Shown: piece after piece, positions 50,656 to 62,800 of the stretch
Position numbering within the stretch: position 1 is the first letter of the stretch
How the letters are laid out: every line of letters starts with the position of its first letter
Source of the DNA: Lytechinus pictus
Lineage: Eukaryota
Assembly: GCF_037042905.1 (NCBI RefSeq)
Contig: NC_087250.1
Span: 16,494,001-16,558,000, forward strand
Length of the DNA stretch: 64,000 nt
Reading direction: 5' to 3'
Translations under genes and position numbers: made by a program
Notes under the pieces: generated by a model
Database searches by the model: none
Seen by the model: only the letters and a program-made list of their open reading frames with translations
Told to the model about the DNA's origin: nothing

Positions 50656-51579
50656 ATGCCCAAACTTAAAGAAAAAGCAAGTAAAGAAACTCGCCCAAAG
50701 CAGAAGCGAAAGAAGGAGATGCCAATCGAAGTTCTCGAGAAGGACATCCCCGGGAGCTCCCCGCACTCTGCTGACGACGAAGAGATCAGTGATCATGCTG
50801 GTCATTGGAGTGTATCGAGCCAGAACACTGAATGTGATGAGGATCGATATACACATACCAAAGCGGATCCGAATTCAAATTCTCCCGCCACGATTAAGGG
50901 ACAGATAATGCTCGCGCTGCAATCGCCGCCGGTGATTCGGGCCATTGTTGACGCAATTTACTCCGAGATATATGAGAAAATTGCTAGTGATTTGCATGAT
51001 GGTCTCCAATTAGAACTTCAAAACAAAATGCGAGAACTACAGTCACTTGAAGTAAAACTTAATAAAGTGTCGAAAAGTCTGTCAAAGATAGAGTCAAGTG
51101 TTGAAGAGCAAGAACAGTATAGTTGAAGGAGCTGTTTGAGGTTTCATGGAGTGAAAGAAAAACCCAATGAAACAACGGATCAGGCAATCATCAATCTAGC
51201 GAAGGAAAATATGGGTATCACTCTAGCACCGACCGACATCGACCGCTCGCATAGACTATCTTCTAGGCAAGCAGCGTCAAGTGTTGACGAAGGATCGGAA
51301 TTGATAGAGTCCAGCAGAAAGCCAGTGATTATCATCGCTAAATTCAGCAGATATAATGTAATGGACATAATCTACCGCAATCGCATGAAACTTCGGGGCT
51401 CCAAGGTCTACATTCATGAGGACCTTACAAGCTACAGATCATCTCTACTTTTCAAGGCAAGAACCAATGTCAACGTGAAGAAGACTTGGACATCAGACGG
51501 CAATATAACTGCTTTCACCAACGATGGAAGGAAAGTACGTATTGCTTGTGAACGCGATCTTGAAAATCTTGACAGTTAG
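50656..51579 (+). pseudogene. LINE ORF1 (coiled coil plus L1-like RRM/CTD) with one in-frame TGA at 51124-51126
   Basis: ORFs 50536-51126 and 51136-51579 share a frame. The junction reads EQEQYS*RSCLRFHG (the usual motif is EQYSRR..LR..G). Also DIDRSHRL, IIAKF, YIHEDLT and WTSDG. Confidence 0.85.
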
Positions 51580-51621
51580 TTTATCCTTTATCTCGATAAC
51601 TAAAAAAGCTTGAATTGTCTT

Positions 51622-54600
51622 ATGGTCAAACTCTTTCCATGTATTAGATGTAAAAAATCAGTTACTAATAATCAAAATGCTGTGTTATGTGTAAAATGCC
51701 TTCGATGGATTCATCTTAAATGCTCATCCCTGAGTTCTGAGTTTTTTCATTCGGATACTGACTGGATTTGCGATGTATGCCTGTATAGAGAATTGCCTTT
51801 TCATCTTATTGATCAGTATGGAGAGACGGAAGGACCGAGTGTAATTGAAAAAACTTCAAATGACAATCATTATGACTCTATCCCACTTGTCTTTGAAAAA
51901 CTGAATTGTAACAAGGGATTGAAAATTGGACATCTAAATGTATGTACTTTGTTTAAAAATGTAGATGAAATTAATCATATTTTAGAACAAAGCAATTTGG
52001 ATGTCTTAACTCTCAGTGAAACAAAATTGGATAGCAATATATTTGACTCTGAAGTTTCCATATGTGGCTATAATATTATCAGACTGGACCGAAATAGACA
52101 TGGTGGTGGTGTCGTTATATATTTAAGAGATAACATTGTATTTGAAATGCAAGAACATGATTTTGGTCACTTGGAATTAATATGTATTAAGATCGTTATT
52201 GAGAAACAAAAACCTTTTCACCTTGTGACATGGTATAGACCGCCAGATTCAAAGAAAGATGTTTTAGATGATTTTAATTTGTTACTACAATATCTGGATT
52301 CTCAGTGTCTTGATTTTATCATACTTGGTGATATGAATTGTGATGTATCAAAGAAACCTCATAACTTTCATACTAAAAAATTATTATCGCTTGCCAATGA
52401 TTACAATATGAAACAATATATTTCGAAAGCTACCAGGGTAACTGACATGTCTTCCTCAACTATAGATTTACTATTTTCTTCTAATGATGACATAGTTCAA
52501 TTCTGTGATGTTGTAACAGTTTCTTTAAATGATCATTACATGATTGTTGCACGTTTGGGAAAAACTAAAATGACATTTTCTAAGCACAAATACGTCACCT
52601 ATCGTGATTTGAAAAAAATTAATTTTTCCTCATTCTGTAAGGAACTGGATAAATGTTCATGGTCTCAGATCCTTTCTGAAGTTGATGTAAACACAGCCTA
52701 TTATAATTTTCGAAATATGTATAATGATATCCTTAATAGGTTTGCACCTGTGAAACGTAAACGAATTCGTAAGAAAAGTGTTCCATGGATCAATGAACAG
52801 ATTTTAACGATGATGAAGGTTCGTGATCAGTGTAAAGAAAGGGCTCGCTTATCTGGTGACCCAGATGTCTGGCGTGAATACAGACTGTTACGCAATCAAG
52901 TTACGGCAAAGCGACGTAAATCCAAAAGGGAATATATAACAAAGAACATTCTTGAGAACTCTGGCAATAGTGCTGGAATATGGAAACTGCTGGGTAAAAT
53001 CCTTCCAAACAAACGCAAAAGTCAAACTTTGAAATCACTTGATATTGGAGGAGGTATATTGTCTGATTCTAAAGACATCGCAAATTATATGAATGATTAT
53101 TTTGCAAATATAACTAAAGAACTTAAAGATGGTGCTCAGTTTGCTAAGAAAACGTTTGAACCAACAATCAAACACTCAACTGTGTTTTCTTTTAATGAAG
53201 TTACACAGAACGATATAGTAAAGTGTTTTAATGAGATTCCAAAAAACAAGTCTTCAGGATTAGATGGTATACCTACCTGTATCTTAAAAGATTCAGTTTC
53301 ACATATTATTGTACCATTGTTACACATAATAAATCTTTCTCTTAAGCAGGGAATAGTTCCATTAGACTGGAAAATGGCTAAGCTCACGCCATTATTTAAA
53401 GGTGGTAACTTAAAGGATCCTACTAATTATAGGCCGATTTCCGTATTGCCTGTACTATCGAAAATAATGGAAAAGGTTGTTTTTAAACAAGTATATAAAT
53501 ATGTTTCTGATAATGATATACTTTCAAATAATCAGTTTGGATTTCGCCCCAATTATTCAACAAATACAGCCCTCTTTACAATTACAGAAAATATTCGTAA
53601 AGAATTAGATATTGGGCAAGCTGTTGGATTAGTATCGCTTGACCTTCGGAAAGCATTTGATATGGTTTCCCACGATATTCTGTTAAGAAAACTTGATCTT
53701 CTGGGGTTCGATGAGTCAAGCTTACGATGGTTCCAAAACTATTTAACTTTAAGAAAACATGTAACAGTTATCAATAATACATTTTCTTCTTATAATACAG
53801 TTACCTGTGGAATTCCACAAGGGAGTATAATTGGTCCCTTGATGTTTATCATTTTCATAAATGATATTTCTACTGTTGTAAAGTTTAGCAGTATTTCAAT
53901 GTACGCTGATGATACATGTATATACTATTCCTCAGATAATGTTTCTGATTTATGTTCCTGTCTAAATGAAGATTTGGCACGGATTTCAGACTGGTTGAAA
54001 TGTAATGAATTATTACTGAACCCTAAGAAATGTGAATTTATCATATTTGGATCAAGGCGTAAATTATTACCATTTGCAAATGCACAAGTTCAAATTGACG
54101 GTGAAAAAATAAAAAGAGTGGAAGAGTGCAAGTACCTTGGCGTTATGCTCAGTGCACCGCTCAACTGGAACGCACATGTTAAATTTGTTAAGACGAAAGC
54201 GACAAAAACCCTGTATTGTTTGAAACGGCTCAGGCCGTACATCAGTCTGAATACTGCTATAATGCTTTACAAATCACTCTTTCAACCACAATTTGATTAC
54301 TGCTCTATAGTATGGTTCAATGCAGGGAAAGTTTTACTTAAAGAATTGAGTGTTCTTCAAAATCGAGCACTGCGTATGGTCTTAAGAGTTGATTATAGAT
54401 ATAGTACCAACCTGTTGTATTCTACTCTGAACATTGACAAGTTAGAATTGCGATGGAAAAAACAGGCAGTTTCCTTTATATTTAAATTACTTAATGGACA
54501 ACTTCCATCTTTCTTGTGCTCCAAAATAAGTATCAAGAAAAGTAATTATTCTCTTCGAAATTACCAGTGTAGGATTAATCTCGAAAAACCAAAAAAAAAT

Positions 54601-54720
54601 TTCATAAGGGACGGCGGTCTCTATATAGGTATTCAATTATTTAATTCCTTACCAAGTAATACCCGTCAATTGGATCAGTTCTCTTTATTTATGAAATCAG
54701 TTAATTCCATCGACTTCTAA
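51622..54720 (+). CDS. LINE ORF2: PHD finger, AP endonuclease, reverse transcriptase (uninterrupted, ~1030 aa)
   Basis: PHD C-x2-C...C-x2-C-x4-H-x2-C...WIC-x2-C. APE motifs HLNV, LSETKL, YRPP, GDMN, IDL, NDH. RT motifs NYRPIS, DLRKAFD, GIPQGS, YADD. First in-frame ATG at 51622. Confidence 0.93.
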   Translation: MVKLFPCIRCKKSVTNNQNAVLCVKCLRWIHLKCSSLSSEFFHSDTDWICDVCLYRELPFHLIDQYGETEGPSVIEKTSNDNHYDSIPLVFEKLNCNKGLKIGHLNVCTLFKNVDEINHILEQSNLDVLTLSETKLDSNIFDSEVSICGYNIIRLDRNRHGGGVVIYLRDNIVFEMQEHDFGHLELICIKIVIEKQKPFHLVTWYRPPDSKKDVLDDFNLLLQYLDSQCLDFIILGDMNCDVSKKPHNFHTKKLLSLANDYNMKQYISKATRVTDMSSSTIDLLFSSNDDIVQFCDVVTVSLNDHYMIVARLGKTKMTFSKHKYVTYRDLKKINFSSFCKELDKCSWSQILSEVDVNTAYYNFRNMYNDILNRFAPVKRKRIRKKSVPWINEQILTMMKVRDQCKERARLSGDPDVWREYRLLRNQVTAKRRKSKREYITKNILENSGNSAGIWKLLGKILPNKRKSQTLKSLDIGGGILSDSKDIANYMNDYFANITKELKDGAQFAKKTFEPTIKHSTVFSFNEVTQNDIVKCFNEIPKNKSSGLDGIPTCILKDSVSHIIVPLLHIINLSLKQGIVPLDWKMAKLTPLFKGGNLKDPTNYRPISVLPVLSKIMEKVVFKQVYKYVSDNDILSNNQFGFRPNYSTNTALFTITENIRKELDIGQAVGLVSLDLRKAFDMVSHDILLRKLDLLGFDESSLRWFQNYLTLRKHVTVINNTFSSYNTVTCGIPQGSIIGPLMFIIFINDISTVVKFSSISMYADDTCIYYSSDNVSDLCSCLNEDLARISDWLKCNELLLNPKKCEFIIFGSRRKLLPFANAQVQIDGEKIKRVEECKYLGVMLSAPLNWNAHVKFVKTKATKTLYCLKRLRPYISLNTAIMLYKSLFQPQFDYCSIVWFNAGKVLLKELSVLQNRALRMVLRVDYRYSTNLLYSTLNIDKLELRWKKQAVSFIFKLLNGQLPSFLCSKISIKKSNYSLRNYQCRINLEKPKKNFIRDGGLYIGIQLFNSLPSNTRQLDQFSLFMKSVNSIDF

Positions 54721-56835
54721 CTCATCTGCCGGGGGGGGGGGGGGGGCTAGAGAATTTCTATAATTTCTTTTCGTACATGCGGTTTTATGTAGTTTTAATT
54801 ATCATTGTTTTTCATTTTAATTATGTGTGTTTTATTTTATGTGTTACTGTAATATTTTTGAATATTTTCGTATTGTCTCACTTTTACATGTTTTTAATGT
54901 TCACGGACTTGCTGAAAAGCAGTCTGTTATGACTGAATGTAAGTTTTACCGTGATTAAATAAATACAATACAATACAATACAATACAATACAATACACAG
55001 ACCAACCCGTCAGCAACACGTCAGCTACACGGACCAACACGTCATCAACACGTACCAACACGTCATCTACATGGACTAACACGCCAGCTACAAGGACCAA
55101 CACGGCAGCTATGTTGACCAGCACGGCAAATAAAAATTTGCTCATAAAAATGAGCCTTTTGTCATTCTTTTTTCTCATCCTTGTCGCAAAATTATTTTTT
55201 TTCTGAGTGAATTACAAAAAATATCAACTCTCCAAACTTCATTAACCAGTAAAAATGCTGGTTATCGCGTTCTTTCACGTGGACGTACGTACACGTACAA
55301 GTCGAGTGAAATCTAAAATATTCGCATCTGTAGTGAACAAGGGCAGACGACGACGCACAGTGGGCCAGGAGAGAGCAAAAGTGCGCCAAAACTAGTTTTT
55401 GGTCATGAAACAAATTTTGTTTTTTTCATGTTCTAAGCAAAGATATGAACCTGTAGAATGCCTCCATACAATATTTCTCCATTAAATTGATTATTAGTTG
55501 CCCATTTTTATTCAATATTACCGGAAAATGACTCTATACGGCTACCGCATGTGTAAATGACACGTTTTAGATATTTCACTGTTTTAACAAAACGGATTGC
55601 TTAATTAATTTCTTATTCACGGTGCTCATTGATGAATGATTGTTCTAAGTGATGAAATATTTTCAAGATAAAGTGATAATCCCTTCAGAGGCAATTCTGG
55701 ACGAAACCATTTGACAATGGGGGGTTTTAGCAATTTTTTTTTTCATGAGCATTTCTTTTACAAATTGCTACCGATTGCTGCGCTGTAAATACCATGACGG
55801 TCTTTGTTATAGTTCATGCTTTACATTGATACCAAATTTAGCTGCATATACGTGCATTTTCTGGAGATATAACCAATTTTCCAACCACATGTTCGCCGTA
55901 TTTATCACAAAAATCGTTCCAAGTTAGTGTCCCATTATGCGCGTGCCGAACGTTGCGGGTGACATTAAACAAACTCCCCGTCGCGTGCTGGGAGAGAGAG
56001 AGAGAGAAAGAGAGAGGGGGGTGTCTGGCTCAAGTGTCTGGCTCTTGTGACTGGTGTCTGCCTTTAAAATATTTTCGTTAAACATACGTAAAGGCAAGCT
56101 TTCATTTCCAATTCCACTAACTATATAATAATACATGTAACACAACTTCATTTTGATGCCAAACTGTTCCATCCCGTGTCCCATATCTGATATGCTCAGC
56201 TGTCATCCTGAGAAGATTAATTCTTAAGGTAAGATTCCTAGGTAAGATTATATATTTGTTTTGTTGTTCATAAACCAAGTAGGGGCTACTGTATATCACT
56301 ATAGCACACATGACTAGGGATGTGATAGGTCTCACGCAGTTTTTTGACAAAATATGAAAATTTGTATAGGACAGAGATGGGATATACGTGGGCTCTATTA
56401 CATGCCTAAGTTGCATTATCATTATTAGTATTTATCCCCCCAAAAGGGTATGTAACTTTACATACACGTATGAATTCGTTTATCTCTTGGCTCATTTTAA
56501 ATTTGCTATAATTGTTAGTATCGATCAAGAAGGAAGTGTATATTATCATTTCAAGGATTGTTTGGTTGATGACTCTCATTGACTTTATATGTATTCCACA
56601 GACTAATGGTAACAGGTGACATTGTGATTAGTAGCAAATTTTTAAGAGTACAACAATCACAGCCTCTTCCCCCTGATGTTCAAAATATGCTAACAGATCC
56701 TCTCACCAAAGACATAATAGTTGGTGAGATAGTAGAGAGAGACTCTGATTCGGAATAACTTTGTATACGCCGTTCTTGGTGAAATAGGTAGGCCTTGTAG
56801 GGCCTTGTACTGATTATTCTGCAGAGGACCCGGCC

Positions 56836-59800
56836 TCTATTATTGCATTGACGCCCAACGGCGACAATGCATTGTTCTTGTTCCGTATTCCTATTCCGTC
56901 GTCTTCTTCTTCTTCTTCTTCTTTGCATTGACGCCCAACGGCGACAATGCATTGTTCTTGTTCCGTATTCCTATTCCGTCGTCTTCTTTGCATTGACGCC
57001 CACTGGCGACAATGCATTGTTCTTGTTCCGTATTCCTATTCCGTCGTCTTCTTTGCATTGACGCCCAACGGCGACAATGTATTGTTCTTGTTCCGTATTC
57101 CTATTCCGTCGTCTTCTTCTTCTTCTTCTTCTTCTTCTTCTTCTTCTTCCACAAAATCCCATTTGTTTAACACATGGTGTTTGTTAGCTCTGCCCTGGCT
57201 CCGTCCCTCATCCAAATTCATCCAAACTTGGTAGACATGTTGTCCAGCATCCCTAGTTGTGCCCCTCGTCTTCCTTTTTTCAAAATCACTCATGCATGAC
57301 CATCTAGGCGCCATTTTGTAAATTTCAAGTCCATTTGCATACCATTACTAATCTCGTCCTAACTCCCGCATCCTGCCTTCTACAGACTTCTAACAAATTG
57401 CTATAGATAGTCAAAGAGTTGCCCCATCAATTGCGACGTATAACCTGACCTTCAACATGCCATCTTCATGCCCTAAATTCAAATCCGAAATAGCCTTCCT
57501 TCAAAAACGTCATATTTATTGAAATGTAAAGTCAAAAAATCGTAAAATGGCCATAAGTTTCTTGTTTTTATTTGTTTTGAGCTCATATTTTCAGGAATTG
57601 ATACTGGTACAATATCATACATAGGAATGAGTTTTCACGCATCACTGAATTTCCGTTACTGAAATAGCGCCCTCTAAAGTTTCAAAAACGCTTATCTTTG
57701 AATGCTCCTCATTGCGTCATGCATGGCCAAACCCGTACCCTTTTTTAGATTTAGGGTGTTTAAGATATGCCCTTTCATGCCATTTAGAAAAAAATATACC
57801 TTACCACTGACGAAATATCTGAAAAATGCTCCCGAAAATCAGCAAAATACGCAAAAATGCACTATAATGCCAGCACAACTTCAACTTGCTCTTATTTCCT
57901 TATTATTGAAGCTTATCCTTTCTAACTTGGCAGATATGAGTATTGATATATACTCTAACCGTTCGTCAACCTTTTGTAACAGAAACTGACAAAAATCTGA
58001 CGTCAGCTTAAAATTATTGTGCAAAACCTTCATTTTTAATGTCTTTCTTTATATGGCATTTACTTCCGGTCTATTGCTTGAGCACAAATAAAAGTGGTAT
58101 TAATGTCACCGCATTGGAATGCTCTTTCCAGTGATACCAAATATGACATAGGTTACAACAGAAAATTTCAAGATAAGCCAATCTGAACAAATGGTATACT
58201 ACTCAGAATGCACACATTATCAATAACATAATTGTATACAATGTCTATGGCATAACGTATTATGCATGCACATCGTTCTGATACGTATACTTTACACTGA
58301 GTTACGTTAATGAACTGTCAGGGAAATTTGTAGCTTATTCATATCACTCTCTCTGTGTCTTTCTATCCCTTCTCTCTCTTTGTTGAGCGGCCATTTGGTC
58401 TAAAAATTGACGAAATCTGTTTGACTCGAGAATGTAACTTCCTATAGAGGGCACAATGTACCAAAATCCACTTTGATTAACATGTAATTTTTGTTAGTCC
58501 TCCCCTGCCTCCGCTCCTCATCCAAATTCATTCCGATTTGGTAGACATGTTGTCCATGATGCATTATTGTGTACCTCTTATTTCATTTTCTAAAATCTTT
58601 CATGCATGACAGTGCATGCGCCATTTTGAGTGAGTGGCATCATCATCTCTCTCATTTGGATGTAACTGGCTCGTTCATATAACTATTTTGTTAAAAATAA
58701 GCGAAACTATGAAATGTCATAACTTTCTTATTTTACATCCGATTTTGATGAAATTTTCAGCATTGTGCTTGTCTGATTTTTCCCTATTGATTCCAATCAA
58801 GATTTTTCTGAGGTGGAATTGACCTTTCAATCAGACGCGTCAATGCATGCACATCGTTCTGAAACGATTGCAGTTCTAGTCTTTGCATTGACGCCCACTG
58901 GCGACAATGCATTGTTCTTGTTCCGTATTCCTATTCCGTCGTCTTCTTCTTCTTCTTCTTCTTCTTCTTCTTCTTCTTCCACAAAATCCCATTTGTTTAA
59001 CACATGGTTTTTGTTAGCTCTGCCTTGGCTCTGTCCCTCATCCAAATTCATCCAAACTGTGTAGACATGTTGTCCAGCATCCCTAGTTGTGCCCCTTGTC
59101 TTCCTTTTTCCAAAATCACTCATGCATGACCATCCAGGCGCCATTTTGTAAATTTCAAGTCCATTTGCATACCATTACTAATCTCGTCCTAACTCCCGCA
59201 TCCTGCATGCTACAAACTTCTAACAAATTGCTATAGATAGTCAAAGAGTTGCTCCATCATCTGCGACGTATAACATGACCTTCAAAATGCCATCTTCATG
59301 CCCTAAATTCAAATCCGAAATAGCCTTCCTTCAAAAACGTCACATTTATTGAAATGTAAAGTAAAAAAATCGTAAAATAGCCATAACTTTATTGTTTTTA
59401 TTCATTTCGAGCTCATATTTTTAGGAATTGATACTGGTACCATATCATACTTACGACTTAGTTTTCACGCATCACTGAATTTCCGTTACTGAAATAGCGC
59501 CCTCTAAAGTTTCAAAAACGCTTATCTTTGAATGCTCCTCATTTCGTCATGCATGGCCAAACCCGTACCCTTTTTTAGATTTAGGGTGTTCAAGATATGC
59601 TCTTTCATGCCATTTAGAAAAATATATACCTTACTGCTGACGAAATATCTGAAAAATGCTCCCGAAAATCAGCAAAATACGCAAAAATGCACTATAATGC
59701 CAGCACAACTTCAACTTGCTCTTATTTCCTTATTATTAAAGCTTATCCTTTCTTACTTGGCAGATATGAGTATTGATATATACTTCAACCGTTCGCCAAC

Positions 59801-62800
59801 CTTTTGTAACAGAAACCGACAAAAATCTGACGTCAGCTTGAAATTATTGTGCAAAACCTTCATTTTTAATGTCTTTCTTTATATGGCATTTACTTCCGGT
59901 CTATTGCCTGCGCACAAATAAAAGGGGTATCAATGTCACCGCATTTGAATGCTCTTTCCAGTGATACCAAATATGACATAGGTTACAACAGAAAATTTCA
60001 AGATAAGCCAATCTGAACACATGGTATACTACTCAGAATGCACACATTATCAACAACAGAATTGTACACAATGTCTATGGCATAACGTATTATGCATGCA
60101 CATCGTTCTGCTATGTACTTTACACTGAGTTACGTTAATGAACTGTCAGGGAAATGTGTATGCTTATCCATATCATTCCGATTTGGTAGACATGTTGTCC
60201 ATGATGCATTATTGTGTACCTCTTATTTCATTTTCTAAAATCATTCATGCATGACAGTGCATGCACCATTTTGAGTGAGTGACATCATCTCTCTCATTTG
60301 CATGTAACTGGCTCGTTCATAATTAAAACTATTTTGTTAGAAATAAGCGAAACTTTGAAATGTCATAACTTTCTTATTTTAAATCCGATTTTGATGAAAT
60401 TTTCAGCATTGCGCTTGTCTGATTTTTCCCTATTGATTCAAATCAACATTTTTCTGAGGTAGACTTGACCTTTCAATCAGACGCGTCAATGCATGCACAT
60501 CGTTCTGAAACGATTGCAGTTCTAGTCTTCTTCTTCTTCTTCTTCTTCCACAAAATCCCATTTGTTTAACACATGGTTTTTGTTAGCTCTGCCCTGGCTC
60601 TGTCCCTCATCCAAATTCATCCAAACTTTGTAGACATGTTGTCCAGCATCCCTAGTTGTGCCCCTTGTCTTCCTTTTTCCAAAATCACTCATGCATGACC
60701 ATCTAGGCGCCATTTTGTAAATTTCAAGTCCATTTGCATACCATTACTAATCTCGTCCTAACTCCCGCATCCTGCATGCTACAAACTTCTAACAAATTGC
60801 TATAGATAGTCAAAGAGTTGCTTCATCATCTGCGACGTATAACCTGACCTTCAAAATGCCATCTTCATGCCCTAAATTCAAATCCGAAATAGCCTTCCTT
60901 CAAAAACGTCACATTTATTGAAATGTAAAGTCAAAAAATCGTAAAATGGCCATAACTTTATTGTTTTTATTCATTTCGAGCTCATATTTTTATGAATTGA
61001 TACTGGTACCATATCATACTTACGACTTAGTTTTCACGCATCACTGAATTTCCGTTACTGAAATAGCGCCCTCTAAAGTTTCAAAAACGCTTATCTTTGA
61101 ATGCTCCTCATTTCGTCATGCATGGCCAAACCCGTACCCTTTTTTAGATTTAGGGTGTTCAAGATATGCTCTTTCATGCCATTTAGAAAAATATATACCT
61201 TACCGCTGACAAAATATCTGAAAAATGCTCCCGAAAATCAGCAAAATACGCAAAAATGCACTATAATGCCAGCACAACTTCAACTTGCTCTTATTTCCTT
61301 ATTATTGAAGCTTATCCTTTCTAACTTGGCAGATATGAGTATTGATATATACTTCAACCGTTCGTCAACCTTTTGTAACAGAAACTGACAAAAATCTGAC
61401 GTCAGCTTAAAATTATTGTGCAAAACCTTCATTTTTAATGTTTTTCTTTATATGGCATTTACTTCCGGTCTATTGCTTGAGCACAAATAAAAGGGGTATC
61501 AATGTCACCGCATTGGAATGCTCTTTCCACCGATACCAAATACGACATAGGTTACAACAGAAAATTTCAAGATAAGCCAATCTGAACACATGGTATACTG
61601 CTCACAATGCACATATTATCAACAATAAAATTGTACATAATGTCTATGGCATAACGTATTATGCATGCACATCGTTCTGCTATGTACTTTACACTGAGTT
61701 ACGTTTATGAACTGTCAGGGATATTTGTATGCTTATTCATATCACTCTCTCTGTGTCTTTCTCTCCCTTCTCTCTCTTTGTTGAGCGGCCATGGTAAAAA
61801 AATGGACGAAATCTGTTTGACTCGAGAATGCAACTTCCTATGGAGGGCATAATGTCCTAAATCCACTTTGATTAACATGTAATTTTTTTTAATTCCTCCC
61901 CTGCCTCCGCTCCTCATCCAAATTCATTTGGCAGATATGTTGTCGATGATGCATTAGTGTGTACCTCTTATTTCATTTTCTAAAATCATTCATACATGAC
62001 AGTGCATGCGCCATTTTGAGTGAGTGACATCATCATCACTCTCATTTGGATGTAACTGGCTCGTTCATATAACTATTTTGTTTAAAATAAGCGAAACTTT
62101 GAAATGTCATAACTTTCTTATTTTACATCCGATTTTGATGAAATTTTCAGCATTGTGCTTGTCTGATTTTTCCCTATTGATTCAAATCAACATTTTTCTG
62201 AGGTGGAGTTGACCTTTCAATCAGACGCGTCAATGCATGCACATCGTTCTGAAACGATTGCAGTTCTAGTCTTCTTCTTCTTCTTCTTCCACAAAATCCC
62301 ATTTGTTTAACACATGGTGTTTGTTAGCTCTGCCCTGGCTCCGTCCCTCATCCAAATTCATCCAAACTTGGTAGACATGTTGTCCAGCATCCCTAGTTGT
62401 GCCCCTTGTCTTCCTTTTTTCAAAATCACTCATGCATGACCATCTAGGCGCCATTTTGTAAATTTCAAGTCCATTTGCATACCATTACTAATCTCGTCCT
62501 AACTCCCGCATCCTGCATTCTACAGACTTCTAACAAATTGCTATAGATAGTCAAAGAGTTGCCCCATCATTTGCGACGGATAACCTGACCTTCAAAATGC
62601 CATCTTCATGCCCTAAATTCAAATTCGAAATAGCCTTCCTTCAAAAACGTCATATTTATTGAAATGTAAAGTCAAAAAATCGTAAAATGGCCATAACTTT
62701 CTTGTTTTTATTCATTTTGAGCTCATATTTTCAGGAATTGATACTGGTACCATATTATACATAGGAATCATTTTTCACGCATCACTAAATTTCCGTTACT

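Larger units (their letters stand above)
50490..54993 (+). mobile_element. Apparently full-length CR1/L2-group LINE with (TACAA)6 tail; TSD TACAC
   Basis: Two ORFs, AATAAA then (TACAA)6 at 54964-54993. TACAC at 50485-50489 and 54994-54998. It splits a 21-bp tandem repeat (ACACGTCAGCTACACGGACCA) that resumes on both sides. Confidence 0.9.

Noticed and set aside
51124..51126. Programmed read-through or selenocysteine at the ORF1 TGA
   Set aside because: No supporting signal seen; a point mutation in an Arg codon is simpler.
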